Below are positions 35,801 to 50,800 of a stretch of DNA of 64,000 nucleotides, piece by piece; position 1 is the stretch's first letter; every line of letters starts with the position of its first letter. The translations under genes and the position numbers were made by a program. This DNA comes from Leptogorgia sarmentosa (taxonomy: Eukaryota), in contig OZ210885.1 in assembly GCA_964658305.1 (NCBI GenBank), positions 14,694,001 to 14,758,000 of the forward strand, written 5' to 3'. The notes beneath the pieces are model-generated. The model had not been told where the DNA came from and ran no database searches. It worked only from the letters and a program-made list of their open reading frames with translations.

Positions 35801-38800
35801 TGTTGATGGAAGTAACACTTTTTAAACGTGTAACAATAACAAAGCCCTGAAATTGAAATTAAAAGCAAACCTATTTACAAACACACATACAATAAAATGA
35901 AGCAAGTCTACAACACAAAGTATTCCCAGGTGGTCACCCATCCAACTACTAACTTTGCCCACCTAGGCTTAACTTCGGTGATCAGACGAGAACCGGTATT
36001 TTCCTACTCGTACGGTCGTAGACATTTGTTGATGAAGTTACACTTTTTAAATGTGTAACAATAACAAAACCCTGAAGTTGAAATTGAAAGGAATTATATT
36101 TACAAATAGGCATTAAATAACATTTAGGAAAACAACAATACAAAGTATTTCCAGATGTAGCAATAACAAAATCCCTGAAGTTTACATTGAAAGCAAACCT
36201 ATTTACAAACACACATACAATAAAATGAAGCAAGTCTACAACACAAAGTATTCCCAGGTGGTCACCCATCCAAGTACTAACTTTGCCCACCTATGCTTAA
36301 CTTCGGTGATCAGACGAGAACCGGTATTTTCCTACTGGTATGGTCGTAGACATTTGTTGATGGAAGTTACACTTTTTAAACGTGTAACAATAACAAAACC
36401 CTGAAGTTGAAATTGAAAGCAAACCTATTTACGAACACACATACAATAAAATGATGCAAGTCTACAACACAAAGTATTCCCAGGTGGTCACCCATCCAAC
36501 TACTAGCTTTGCCCACCTAGGCTCAACTTCGGTGATCAGACGAGAACCGGTATTTTCCTACTCGTACGGTCGTAGACATCTGTTGATGCAAGTTACACTT
36601 TTTAAATGTGTAACAATAACAAAACCCTGAAGTTGAAATTGAAAGGAATTATATTTACAAATAGGCATTAAAAAACATTTAGGAAAACAACAATACAAAG
36701 TATTTCCAGATGTAGCAATAACAAAATCCCTGAAGTTTACATTGAAAGCAAACCTATTTACAAACACACATACAATAAAATGAAGCAAGTCTACAACACA
36801 AAGTATTCCCATGTGGTCACCCATCCAAGTACTAAGTTTGCCCACCTAGGCTTAACTTCAGTGATCAGACGAGAACCGGTATTTTCCTACTGGTATGGTC
36901 GTAGACATTTGTTGATGGAAGTTACACTTTTTAAACGTGTAACAATAACAAAACCCTGAAGTGGAAATTGAAAGCAAACCTATTTACAAACACACATACA
37001 ATAAAATGAAGCAAGTCTACAACACAAAGTATTCCCAGGTGGTCACCCATCCAACTACTAACTTTCCCACCTAGGCTTAACTTCGGTGATCAGACGAGAA
37101 CCGGTATTTTCCTACTGGTATGGTCGTAGACATTTGTTGATGGAAGTTACACTTTTTAAACGTGTAACAATAACAAAACCCTGAAGTTGAAATTGAAAGC
37201 AAACCTATTTACAAACACACATACAATAAAATGAAGCAAGTCTACAACACAAAGTATTCCCGGGTGGTCACCCATCCAACTACTAACTTTGCCCACCTAG
37301 GCTTAACTTCGGTGATCAGACGAGAACCGGTATTTTCCTACTCGTACGGTCGTAGACATTTGTTGATGGAAGTTGCACTTTTTAAACGTGTAACAATAAC
37401 AAAACCCTGAAGTTGAAATTGAAAGGATTTATATTTACAAATAGGCATTAAATAACATTTAGCAAAACAACAATACAAAGTATTTCCAGATGTAGCAATA
37501 ACAAAATCCCTGAAGTTTACATTGAAAGCAAACCTATTTACAAACACACATACAATAAAATGAAGCAAGTCTACAACACAAAGTATTCCCAGGTGGTCAC
37601 CCATCCAAGTACTAACTTTGCCCACCTAGGCTTAACTTCGGTGATCAGACGAGAACCGGTATTTTCCTACTGTTATGGTCGTAGACATTTGTTGATGGAA
37701 GTTAGACTTTTTAAACGTGTAACAATAACAAAACCCTGAATTTGAAATTGAAAGCAAACCTATTTACAAACACACATACAATAAAATGAAGCAAGTCTAC
37801 AACACAAAGTATTCCCAGGTGGTCACCCATCCAACTACTAACTTCGCCCACCTAGGCTTAACTTCGGTAATCAGACGAGAACCGGTATTTTCCTACTGGT
37901 ATGGTCGTAGACATTTGTTGATGGAAGTTACACTTTTTAAACGTGTAACAATAACAAAACCCTGAAGTTGAAATTGAAAGCAAACCTATTTACAAACACA
38001 CATACAATAAAATGAAGCAAGTTTACAACACAAAGTATTCCCAGGTGGTCACCCATCCAAGTACTAACTTTTCCCACCTAGGCCTAACTTCGGTGATCAG
38101 ACGAGAACCGGTATTTTCCTACTGGTATGGTCGTAGACATTTGTTGATGGAAGTTACACTTTTTAAACGTGTAACAATAACAAAACCCTGAAGTTGAAAT
38201 TGAAAGCAAACCTATTTACAAACACACATACAATAAAATGAAGCAAGTCTACAACACAAAGTATTCCCAGGTAGTCACCCATCCAAGTACTAACTTTGCC
38301 CACCTAGGCTTAACTTCGGTGATCAGACGAGAACCGGTATTTTCCTACTGGTATGGTCGTAGACATTTGTTGATGGAAGTTACACTTTTTAAACGTGTAA
38401 CAATAACAAAACCATGAAGTTGAAATTGAAAGGAATTATATTTACAAATAGGCATTAAATAACATTTAGCAAAACAACAATACAAAGTATTTCCAGATGT
38501 AGCAATAACAAAATCCCTGAAGTTTACATTGAAAGCAAACTTATTTACAAACACACATACAATAAAATGAAGCAAATCTACAACACAAAGTATTCCCAGG
38601 TGGTCACCCATCCAAGTACTAACTTTTCCCACCTAGGCTTAACTTCGGTGATCAGACGAGAACCTGTATTTTCCTACTGGTATGGTCGTAGACATTTGTT
38701 GATGGAAGTTACACTTTTTAAACGTGTAACAATAACAAAACCCTGAAGTTGAAATTGAAAGCAAACCTATTTACAAACACACATACAATAAAATGAAGCA

Positions 38801-41800
38801 AGTCTACAACACAAAGTATTCCCAGGTGGTCACCCATCCAAGTACTAACTTTTCCCACCTAGGCTTAACTTCGGTGATCAGACGAGAACCGGTATTTTCC
38901 TACTGGTATGGTCGTAGACATTTGTTGATGGAAGTTACACTTTTTAAACCTGTAACAATAACAAAACCCTGAAGTTGAAATTGAAAGCAAACCTATTTAC
39001 AAACACACATACAATAAAATGAAGCAAGTCTACAACACAAAGTATTCCCAGGTGGTCACCCATCCAAGTACTAACTTTTCCCACCTAGGCCTAACTTCGG
39101 TGATCAGACAAGAACGGGTATTTTCCTACTGGTATGGTCGTAGACATTTGTTGATGGAAGTTACACTTTTTAAACGTGTAACAATAACAAAACCCTGAAG
39201 TTGAAATTGAAAGCAAACCTATTTACAAACACACATACAATAAAATGAAGCAAGTCAACAACACAAAGTATTCCCAGGTGGTCACCCATCCAAGCACTAA
39301 CTTTTCCCACCTAGGCCTAACTTCGGTGATCAGACGAGAACCGGTATTTTCCCACTGGTATGGTCGTAGACATTTGTTGATGGAAGTTACACTTTTTAAA
39401 CGTGTAACAATAACAAAACCCTGAAGTTGAAATTGAAAGCAAACCTATTTACAAACACACATACAATAAAATGAAGCAAGTCTACAACACAAAGTATTCC
39501 CAGGTAGTCACCCATCCAAGTACTAACTTTGCCCACCTAGGCTTAACTTCGGTGATCAGACGAGAACCGGTATTTTCCTACTGGTATGGTCGTAGACATT
39601 TGTTCATGGAAGTTACACTTTTTAAACGTGTAACAATAACAAAACCCTAAAGTTGAAATTGAAAGGAATTATATTTACAAACACACATACAATAAAATGA
39701 AGCAAGTCTACAACACAAAGTATTCCCAGGTAGTCACCCATCCAAGTACTAACTTTGCCCACCTAGGGTTAACTTCGGTGATCAGACGAGAACCAGTATT
39801 TTCCTACTGGTATCATCGTAGACATTTGTTGATGGAAGTAACACTTTTTAAACGTGTAACAATAACAAAGCCCTGAAATTGAAATTAAAAGCAAACCTAT
39901 TTACAAACACACATACAATAAAATGAAGCAAGTCTACAACACAAAGTATTCCCAGGTGGTCACCCATCCAACTACTAACTTTGCCCACCTAGGCTTAACT
40001 TCGGTGATCAGACGAGAACCGGTATTTTCCTACTCGTACGGTCGTAGACATTTGTTGATGAAGTTACACTTTTTAAATGTGTAACAATAACAAAACCCTG
40101 AAGTTGAAATTGAAAGGAATTATATTTACAAATAGGCATTAAATAACATTTAGGAAAACAACAATACAAAGTATTTCCAGATGTAGCAATAACAAAATCC
40201 CTGAAGTTTACATTGAAAGCAAACCTATTTACAAACACACATACAATAAAATGAAGCAAGTCTACAACACAAAGTATTCCCAGGTGGTCACCCATCCAAG
40301 TACTAACTTTGCCCACCTATGCTTAACTTCGGTGATCAGACGAGAACCGGTATTTTCCTACTGGTATGGTCGTAGACATTTGTTGATGGAAGTTACACTT
40401 TTTAAACGTGTAACAATAACAAAACCCTGAAGTTGAAATTGAAAGCAAACCTATTTACGAACACACATACAATAAAATGATGCAAGTCTACAACACAAAG
40501 TATTCCCAGGTGGTCACCCATCCAACTACTAGCTTTGCCCACCTAGGCTCAACTTCGGTGATCAGACGAGAACCGGTATTTTCCTACTCGTACGGTCGTA
40601 GACATCTGTTGATGCAAGTTACACTTTTTAAATGTGTAACAATAACAAAACCCTGAAGTTGAAATTGAAAGGAATTATATTTACAAATAGGCATTAAAAA
40701 ACATTTAGGAAAACAACAATACAAAGTATTTCCAGATGTAGCAATAACAAAATCCCTGAAGTTTACATTGAAAGCAAACCTATTTACAAACACACATACA
40801 ATAAAATGAAGCAAGTCTACAACACAAAGTATTCCCATGTGGTCACCCATCCAAGTACTAAGTTTGCCCACCTAGGCTTAACTTCAGTGATCAGACGAGA
40901 ACCGGTATTTTCCTACTGGTATGGTCGTAGACATTTGTTGATGGAAGTTACACTTTTTAAACGTGTAACAATAACAAAACCCTGAAGTTGAAATTGAAAG
41001 CAAACCTATTTACAAACACACATACAATAAAATGAAGCAAGTCTACAACACAAAGTATTCCCAGGTGGTCACCCATCCAACTACTAACTTTCCCACCTAG
41101 GCTTAACTTCGGTGATCAGACGAGAACCGGTATTTTCCTACTGGTATGGTCGTAGACATTATTTGATGGAAGTTACACTTTTTAAACGTGTAACAATAAC
41201 AAAACCCTGAAGTTGAAATTGAAAGCAAACCTATTTACAAACACACATACAATAAAATGAAGCAAGTCTACAACACAAAGTATTCCCGGGTGGTCACCCA
41301 TCCAACTACTAACTTTGCCCACCTAGGCTTAACTTCGGTGATCAGACGAGAACCGGTATTTTCCTACTCGTACGGTCGTAGACATTTGTTGATGGAAGTT
41401 GCACTTTTTAAACGTGTAACAATAACAAAACCCTGAAGTTGAAATTGAAAGGATTTATATTTACAAATAGGCATTAAATAACATTTAGCAAAACAACAAT
41501 ACAAAGTATTTCCAGATGTAGCAATAACAAAATCCCTGAAGTTTACATTGAAAGCAAACCTATTTACAAACACACATACAATAAAATGAAGCAAGTCTAC
41601 AACACAAAGTATTCCCAGGTGGTCACCCATCCAAGTACTAACTTTGCCCACCTAGGCTTAACTTCGGTGATCAGACGAGAACCGGTATTTTCCTACTGTT
41701 ATGGTCGTAGACATTTGTTGATGGAAGTTAGACTTTTTAAACGTGTAACAATAACAAAACCCTGAATTTGAAATTGAAAGCAAACCTATTTACAAACACA

Positions 41801-44800
41801 CATACAATAAAATGAAGCAAGTCTACAACACAAAGTATTCCCAGGTGGTCACCCATCCAACTACTAACTTCGCCCACCTAGGCTTAACTTCGGTAATCAG
41901 ACGAGAACCGGTATTTTCCTGCTGGTATGGTCGTAGACATTTGTTGATGGAAGTTACACTTTTTAAACGTGTAACAATAACAAAACCCTGAAGTTGAAAT
42001 TGAAAGCAAACCTATTTACAAACACACATACAATAAAATGAAGCAAGTTTACAACACAAAGTATTCCCAGGTGGTCACCCATCCAAGTACTAACTTTTCC
42101 CACCTAGGCCTAACTTCGGTGATCAGACGAGAACCGGTATTTTCCTACTGGTATGGTCGTAGACATTTGTTGATGGAAGTTACACTTTTTAAACGTGTAA
42201 CAATAACAAAACCCTGAAGTTGAAATTGAAAGCAAACCTATTTACAAACACACATACAATAAAATGAAGCAAGTTTACAACACAAAGTATTCCCAGGTGG
42301 TCACCCATCCAAGTACTAACTTTTCCCACCTAGGCTTAACTTCGGTGATCAGACGAGAACCGGTATTTTCCTAGTGGTATGGTCGTAGACATTTGTTGAT
42401 GCAAGTTACACTTTTTAAACGTGTAACAATAACAAAACCCTGAAGTTGAAATTGAAAGGAATTATATTGACAAACACACATACAATAAAATGAAGCAGGT
42501 CTACAACACAAAGTATTCCCAGATAGTCACCAATCCAAGTACTAACTTTGCCCACCTAGGCTTAACTTCGGTGATCAGACGAGAACCGGTAGTTTCCTAC
42601 TGGTATGGTCGTAGACATTTGTTGATGGAAGTAACACTTTTTAAACGTGTAACAATAACAAAACCCTGAAGTTGAAATTGAAAGCAAACCTATTTACAAA
42701 CACACATACAATAAAATGAAGCAAGTCTACAACACAAAGTATTCCCAGGTGGTCACCCATCCAACTACTAAATTTGCCCACCTAGGCTTAACTTCGGTAA
42801 TCAGAAGAGAATTGGTATTTTCCCACTCGTACGGTCGTAGACATTTGTTGATGGAAGTTACACTTTTTAAACGTGTAACAATAACAAAACCCTGAAGGTG
42901 AAATTGAAAGGAATTATATTTACAAATAGGCATTAAATAACATTTAGCAAAACAACAATACAAAGTATTTCCAGATGTAGCAATAACAAAATCCCTGAAG
43001 TTTACATTGAAAGCAAACCTATTTACAAACACACATACAATAAAATGAAGCAAGTCTACAACACAAAGTATTCCCAGGTGGTCACCCATCCAAGTACTAA
43101 CTCTGCCCACCTAGGCTTAACTTCGGTGATCAGACGAGAACCGGTATTTTCCTACTGGTATGGTCGTAGACATTTGTTGATGGAAGTTACACTTTTTAAA
43201 CGTGTAACAATAACAAAACCCTGAAGTTGAAATTGAAAGCAAACCTATTTACAAACACACATAATATAAAATGAAGCAAGTCTACAACACAAAGTATTCC
43301 CAGGTGGTCACCCATCCAACTACTAACTTTGCCCACCTAGGCTTAACTTCGGTGATCAGACGAGAACCCGTATTTTCCTACTGGTATGGTCGTAGACATT
43401 TGTTGATGGAAGTAACACTTTTTAAACGAGTAACAATAACAAAACCCTGAAGTTGAAATTGAAAGGAATTATATTTACAAATAGGCATTAAATAACATTT
43501 AGCAAAACAACAATACAAAGTATTTCCAGATGTAGCAATAACAAAATCCCTGAAGTTTACATTGAAAGCAAACCTATTTACAAACACACATACAATAAAA
43601 TGAAGCAAGTCTACAACACAAAGTATTCCCAGGTGGTCACCCATCCAAGTACTAACTTTGCCCACCTAGGCTTAACTTCGGTGATCAGACGAGAACCGGT
43701 ATTTTCCTACTGGTATGGTCGTAGACATTTGTTGATGGAAGTTACACTTTTTAAACGTGTAACAATAACAAAACCCTGAAGTTGAAATTGAAAGCAAACC
43801 TATTTAAAAACACACATACAATAAAATGAAGCAAATCTACAACACAAAGTATTCCCAGGTGGTCACCCATCCAAGTACTAACTTTTCCCAGCTAGGCTTA
43901 ACTTCGGTGATCAGACGAGAACCGGTATTTTCCTAGTGGTATGGTCGTAGACATTTGTTGATGCAAGTTACACTTTTTAAACCTGTAACAATAACAAAAC
44001 CCTGAAGTTGAAATTGAAAGCAAACCTATTTACAAACACACATACAATAAAATGAAGCAAGTCTACAACACAAAGTATTCCCAGGTAGTCACCCATCCAA
44101 GTACTAACTTTGCCCACCTAGGCTTAACTTCGGTGATCAGACGAGAACCGGTATTTTCCTACTGGTATGGTCGTAGACATTTGTTGATGGAAGTTACACT
44201 TTTTAAACGTGTAACAATAACAAAACCATGAAGTTGAAATTGAAAGGAATTATATTTACAAATAGGCATTAAATAACATTTAGCAAAACAACAATACAAA
44301 GTATTTCCAGATGTAGCAATAACAAAATCCCTGAAGTTTACATTGAAAGCAAACCTATTTACAAACACACATACAATAAAATGAAGCAAGTCTACAACAC
44401 AAAGTATTCCCAGGTGGTCACCCATCCAAGTACTAACTTTTCCCACCTAGGCTTAACTTCTGTGATCAGACGAGAACCGGTATTTTCCTACTGGTATGGT
44501 CGTAGACATTTGTTGATGGAAGTTACACTTTTTAAACGTGTAACAATAACAAAACCCTGAAGTTGAAATTGAAAGCAAACCTATTTACAAACACACATAC
44601 AATAAAATGAAGCAAGTCTACAACACAAAGTATTCCCGGGTGGTCACCCATCCAACTACTAACTTTGCCCACCTAGGCTTAACTTCGGTGATCAGACGAG
44701 AACCGGTATTTTCCTACTCGTACGGTCGTAGACATTTGTTGATGGAAGTTGCACTTTTTAAACGTGTAACAATAACAAAACCCTGAAGTTGAAATTGAAA

Positions 44801-47800
44801 GGATTTATATTTACAAATAGGCATTAAATAACATTTAGCAAAACAACAATACAAAGTATTTCCAGATGTAGCAATAACAAAATCCCTGAAGTTTACATTG
44901 AAAGCAAACCTATTTACAAACACACATACAATAAAATGAAGCAAGTCTACAACACAAAGTATTCCCAGGTGGTCACCCATCCAAGTACTAACTTTGCCCA
45001 CCTAGGCTTAACTTCGGTGATCAGACGAGAACCGGTATTTTCCTACTGTTATGGTCGTAGACATTTGTTGATGGAAGTTAGACTTTTTAAACGTGTAACA
45101 ATAACAAAACCCTGAATTTGAAATTGAAAGCAAACCTATTTACAAACACACATACAATAAAATGAAGCAAGTCTACAACACAAAGTATTCCCAGGTGGTC
45201 ACCCATCCAACTACTAACTTCGCCCACCTAGGCTTAACTTCGGTAATCAGACGAGAACCGGTATTTTCCTACTGGTATGGTCGTAGACATTTGTTGATGG
45301 AAGTTACACTTTTTAAACGTGTAACAATAACAAAACCCTGAAGTTGAAATTGAAAGCAAACCTATTTACAAACACACATACAATAAAATGAAGCAAGTTT
45401 ACAACACAAAGTATTCCCAGGTGGTCACCCATCCAAGTACTAACTTTTCCCACCTAGGCCTAACTTCGGTGATCAGACGAGAACCGGTATTTTCCTACTG
45501 GTATGGTCGTAGACATTTGTTGATGGAAGTTACACTTTTTAAACGTGTAACAATAACAAAACCCTGAAGTTGAAATTGAAAGCAAACCTATTTACAAACA
45601 CACATACAATAAAATGAAGCAAGTCTACAACACAAAGTATTCCCAGGTGGTCACCCATCCAAGTACTAACTTTTCCCACCTAGGCCTAACTTCGGTGATC
45701 AGACGAGAACCGGTATTTTCCCACTGGTATGGTCGTAGACACTTGTTGATGGAAGTTACACTTTTTAAACGTGTAACAATAACAAAACCCTGAAGTTGAA
45801 ATTGAAAGCAAACCTATTTACAAACACACATACAATAAAATGAAGCAAGTCTACAACACAAAGTATTCCCAGGTAGTCACCCATTCAAGTACTAACTTTG
45901 CCCACCTAGGCTTAACTTCGGTGATCAGACGAGAACCGGTATTTTCCTACTGGTATGGTCGTAGACATTTGTTGATGGAAGTTACACTTTTTAAACGTGT
46001 AACAATAACAAAACCCTGAAGTTGAAATTGAAAGCAAACCTATTTAAAAACACACATACAATAAAATGAAGCAAGTCTACAGCACAAAGTATTCCCAGGT
46101 GGTCACCCATCCAACTACTAACTTTTCCCACCTGGGCTTAACTTCGGTGATCAGACGAGAACCGGTATTTTCCTACTGGTATGGTCGTAGACATTTGTTG
46201 ATGGAAGTAACACTTTTTAAACGTGTAACAATAACAAAACCCTGAAGTTGAAATTGAAAGCAAACCTATTTACAAACACACATACAATAAAATGAAGCAA
46301 GTCTACAACACAAAGTATTCCCAGGTGGTCACCCATCCAAGTACTAACTTTTCCCACCTAGGCCTAACTTCGGTGATCAGACGAGAACCGGTATTTTCCT
46401 ACTGGTATGGTCGTAGACATTTGTTGATGGAAGTTACACTTTTTAAACGTGTAACAATAACAAAACCCTGAAGTTGAAATTGAAAGCAAACCTATTTACA
46501 AACACACATACAATAAAATGAAGCAAGTCTACAACACAAAGTATTCCCAGGTGGTCACCCATCCAAGTACTAACTTTTCCCACCTAGGCCTAACTTCGGT
46601 GATCAGACGAGAACCGGTATTTTCCCACTGGTATGGTCGTAGACACTTGTTGATGGAAGTTACACTTTTTAAACGTGTAACAATAACAAAACCCTGAAGT
46701 TGAAATTGAAAGCAAACCTATTTACAAACACACATACAATAAAATGAAGCAAGTCTACAACACAAAGTATTCCCAGGTAGTCACCCATCCAAGTACTAAC
46801 TTTGCCCACCTAGGCTTAACTTCGGTGATCAGACGAGAACCGGTATTTTCCTACTGGTATGGTCGTAGACATTTGTTGATGGAAGTTACACTTTTTAAAC
46901 GTGTAACAATAACAAAACCCTGAAGTTGAAATTGAAAGCAAACCTATTTAAAAACACACATACAATAAAATTAAGCAAGTCTACAGCACAAAGTATTCCC
47001 AGGTGGTCACCCATCCAAGTACTAACTTTTCCCACCTGGGCTTAACTTCGGTGATCAGACGAGAACCGGTATTTTCCTACTGGTATGGTCGTAGACATTT
47101 GTTGATGGAAGTAACACTTTTTAAACGTGTAACAATAACAAAACCCTGAAGTTGAAATTGAAAGCAAACCTATTTACAAACACACATACAATAAAATGAA
47201 GCAAGTCTACAACACAAAGTATTCCCAGGTGGTCACCCATCAAACTACTAACTTTGCCCACCTAGGCTTAACTTCGGTAATCAGACGAGAACCGGTATTT
47301 TCCTACTCGTACGGTCGTAGACATTTGTTGATGGAAGTTACACTTTTTAAACGTGTAACAATAACAAAACCCTGAAGTTGAAATTGAAAGGAATTATATT
47401 TACAAATAGGCATTAAATAACATTTAGCAAAACAACAATACAAAGTATTTCCAGATGTAGCAATAACAAAATCCCTGAAGTTTACATTGAAAGCAAACCT
47501 ATTTACAAACACACATACAATAAAATGAAGCAAGTCTACAACACAAAGTATTCCCAGGTGGTCACCCATCCAAGTACGAACTTTGCCCACCTAGGCTTAA
47601 CTTCGGTGATCAGACGAGAACCGGTATTTTCCTACTGGTATGGTCGTAGACATTTGTTGATGGAAGTTACACTTTTTAAACGTGTAACAATAACAAAACC
47701 CTGAAGTTGAAATTGAAAGCAAACCTATTTAAAAACACACATACAATAAAATGAAGCAAATCTACAACACAAAGTATTCCCGGGTGGTCACCCATCCAAG

Positions 47801-50800
47801 TACTAACTTTTCCCACCTAGGCTTAACTTCGGTGATCAGACGAGAACCGGTATTTTCCTAGTGGTATGGTCGTAGACATTTGTTGATGCAAGTTACACTT
47901 TTTAAACGTGTAACAATAACAAAACCCTAAAGTTGAAATTGAAAGGAATTATATTGACAAACACACATACAATAAAATGAAGCAGGTCTACAACACAAAG
48001 TATTCCCAGGTAGTCACCAATCCAAGTACTAACTTTGCCCACCTAGGCTTAACTTCGGTGATCAGACGAGAACCGGTAGTTTCCTACTGGTATGGTCGTA
48101 GACATTTGTTGATGGAAGTAACACTTTTTAAACGTGTAACAATAACAAAACCCTGAAGTTGAAATTGAAAGCAAACCTATTTACAAACACACATACAATA
48201 AAATGAAGCAGGTCTACAACACAAAGTATTCCCAGGTAGTCACCCATCCAAGTACTAACTTTGCCCACCTAGGCTTAACTTCGGTGATCAGACGAGAACC
48301 GGTAGTTTCCTACTGGTATGGTCGTAGACATTTGTTGATGGAAGTAACACTTTTTAAACGTGTAACAATAACAAAACCCTGAAGTTGAAATTGAAAGCAA
48401 ACCTATTTACAAACACACATACAATAAAATGAAGCAAGTCTACAACACAAAGTATTCCCAGGTGGTCACCCATCCAACTACTAAATTTGCCCACCTAGGC
48501 TTAACTTCGGTAATCAGACGAGAATTGGTATTTTCCCACTCGTACGGTCGTAGACATTTGTTGATGGAAGTTACACTTTTTAAACGTGTAACAATAACAA
48601 AACCCTGAAGGTGAAATTGAAAGGAATTATATTTACAAATAGGCATTAAATAACATTTAGCAAAACAACAATACAAAGTATTTCCAGATGTAGCAATAAC
48701 AAAATCCCTGAAGTTTACATTGAAAGCAAACCTATTTACAAACACACATACAATAAAATGAAGCAAGTCTACAACACAAAGTATTCCCAGGTGGTCACCC
48801 ATCCAAGTACTAACTCTGCCCACCTAGGCTTAACTTCGGTGATCAGACGAGAACCGGTATTTTCCTACTGGTATGGTCGTAGACATTTGTTGATGGAAGT
48901 TACACTTTTTAAACGTGTAACAATAACTAAACCCTGAAGTTGAAATTGAAAGCAAACCTATTTACAAACACACATAATATAAAATGAAGCAAGTCTACAA
49001 CACAAAGTATTCCCAGGTGGTCACCCATCCAACTACTAACTTTGCCCACCTAGGCTTAACTTCGGTGATCAGACGAGAACCGGTATTTTCCTACTCGTAC
49101 GGTCGTAGACATTTGTTGATGGAAGTTACACTTTTTAAACGTGTAACAATAACAAAACCCTGAAGTTGAAATTGAAAGGAATTATATTTACAAATAGGCA
49201 TTAAATAACATTTAGCAAAACAACAATACAAAGTATTTCCAGATGTAGCAATAACTAAATCCCTGAAGTTTACATTGAAAGCAAACCTATTTACAAACAC
49301 GCATACAATAAAATGAAGCAAGTCTACAACACAAAGTATTCCCAGGTGGTCACCCATTCAAGTACTAACTTTGCCCACCTAGGCTTAACTTCGGTGATCA
49401 GACGAGAACCGGTATTTTCCTACTGGTATGGTCGTAGACATTTGTTGATGGAAGTAACACTTTTTAAACGTGTAACAATAACAAAACCCTGAAGTTGAAA
49501 TTGAAAGCAAACCTATTTACAAACACACATACAATAAAATGAAGCAAGTCTACAACACAAAGTATTCCCAGGTGGTCACCCATCCAAGTACTAACTTTTC
49601 CCACCTAGGCCTAACTTCGGTGATCAGACGAGAACCGGTATTTTCCCACTGGTATGGTCGTAGACATTTGTTGATGGAAGTTACACTTTTTAAACGTGTA
49701 ACAATAACAAAACCCTGAAGTTGAAATTGAAAAGAAAAATATTTACAAATAGGCATTAAATAACATTTAGCAAAACAACAATACAAAGTATTTCCAGATG
49801 TAGCAATAACAAAATCCCTGAAGTTGAAATTGAAAGCAAACCTATTTACAAACACACATACAATAAAATGAAGCAAGTCTACAACACAAAGTATTCCCAG
49901 GTGGTCACCCATCCAAGCACTAACTTTTCCCACCTAGGCCTAACTTCGGTGATCAGACGAGAACCGGTATTTTCCCACTGGTATGGTCGTAGACATTTGT
50001 TGATGGAAGTTACACTTTTTAAACGTGTAACAATAACAAAACCCTGAAGTTGAAATTGAAAGCAAACCTATTTACAAACACACATACAATAAAATGAAGC
50101 AAGTCTACAACACAAAGTATTCCCAGGTAGTCACCCATCCAAGTACTAACTTTGCCCACCTAGGCCTAACTTTGGTGATCAGACGAGAACCGGTATTTTC
50201 CTACTGGTATGGTCATAGACATTTGTTGATGGAAGTTACACTTTTTAAACGTGTAACAATAACAAAACCCTGAAGTTGAAATTGAAAGCAAACCTATTTA
50301 CAAACACACATACAATAAAATGAAGCAAGTCTACAACACAAAGTATTCCCAGGTAGTCACCCATCCAAGTACTAACTTTGCCCACCTAGGCTTAACTTCG
50401 GTGATCAGACGAGAACCGGTATTTTCCTACTGGTATGGTCGTAGACATTTGTTGATAGAAGTTACACTTTTTAAACGTGTAACAATAACAAAACCCTGAA
50501 GTTGAAATTGAAAGCAAACCTATTTACAAACACACATACAATAAAATGAAGCAAGTCTACAACACAAAGTATTCCCAGGTAGTCACCCATCCAAGTACTA
50601 ACTTTGCCCACCTAGGCTTAACTTCGGTGATCAGACGAGAACCGGTATTTTCCTACTGGTATGGTCGCAGAAATTTGTTGATGGAAGTTACACTTTTTAA
50701 ACGTGTAACAATAACAAAACCCTGAAGTTGAAATTGAAAGCAAACCTATTTACAAACACACATACAATAAAATGAAGCAAGTCTACAACACAAAGTATTC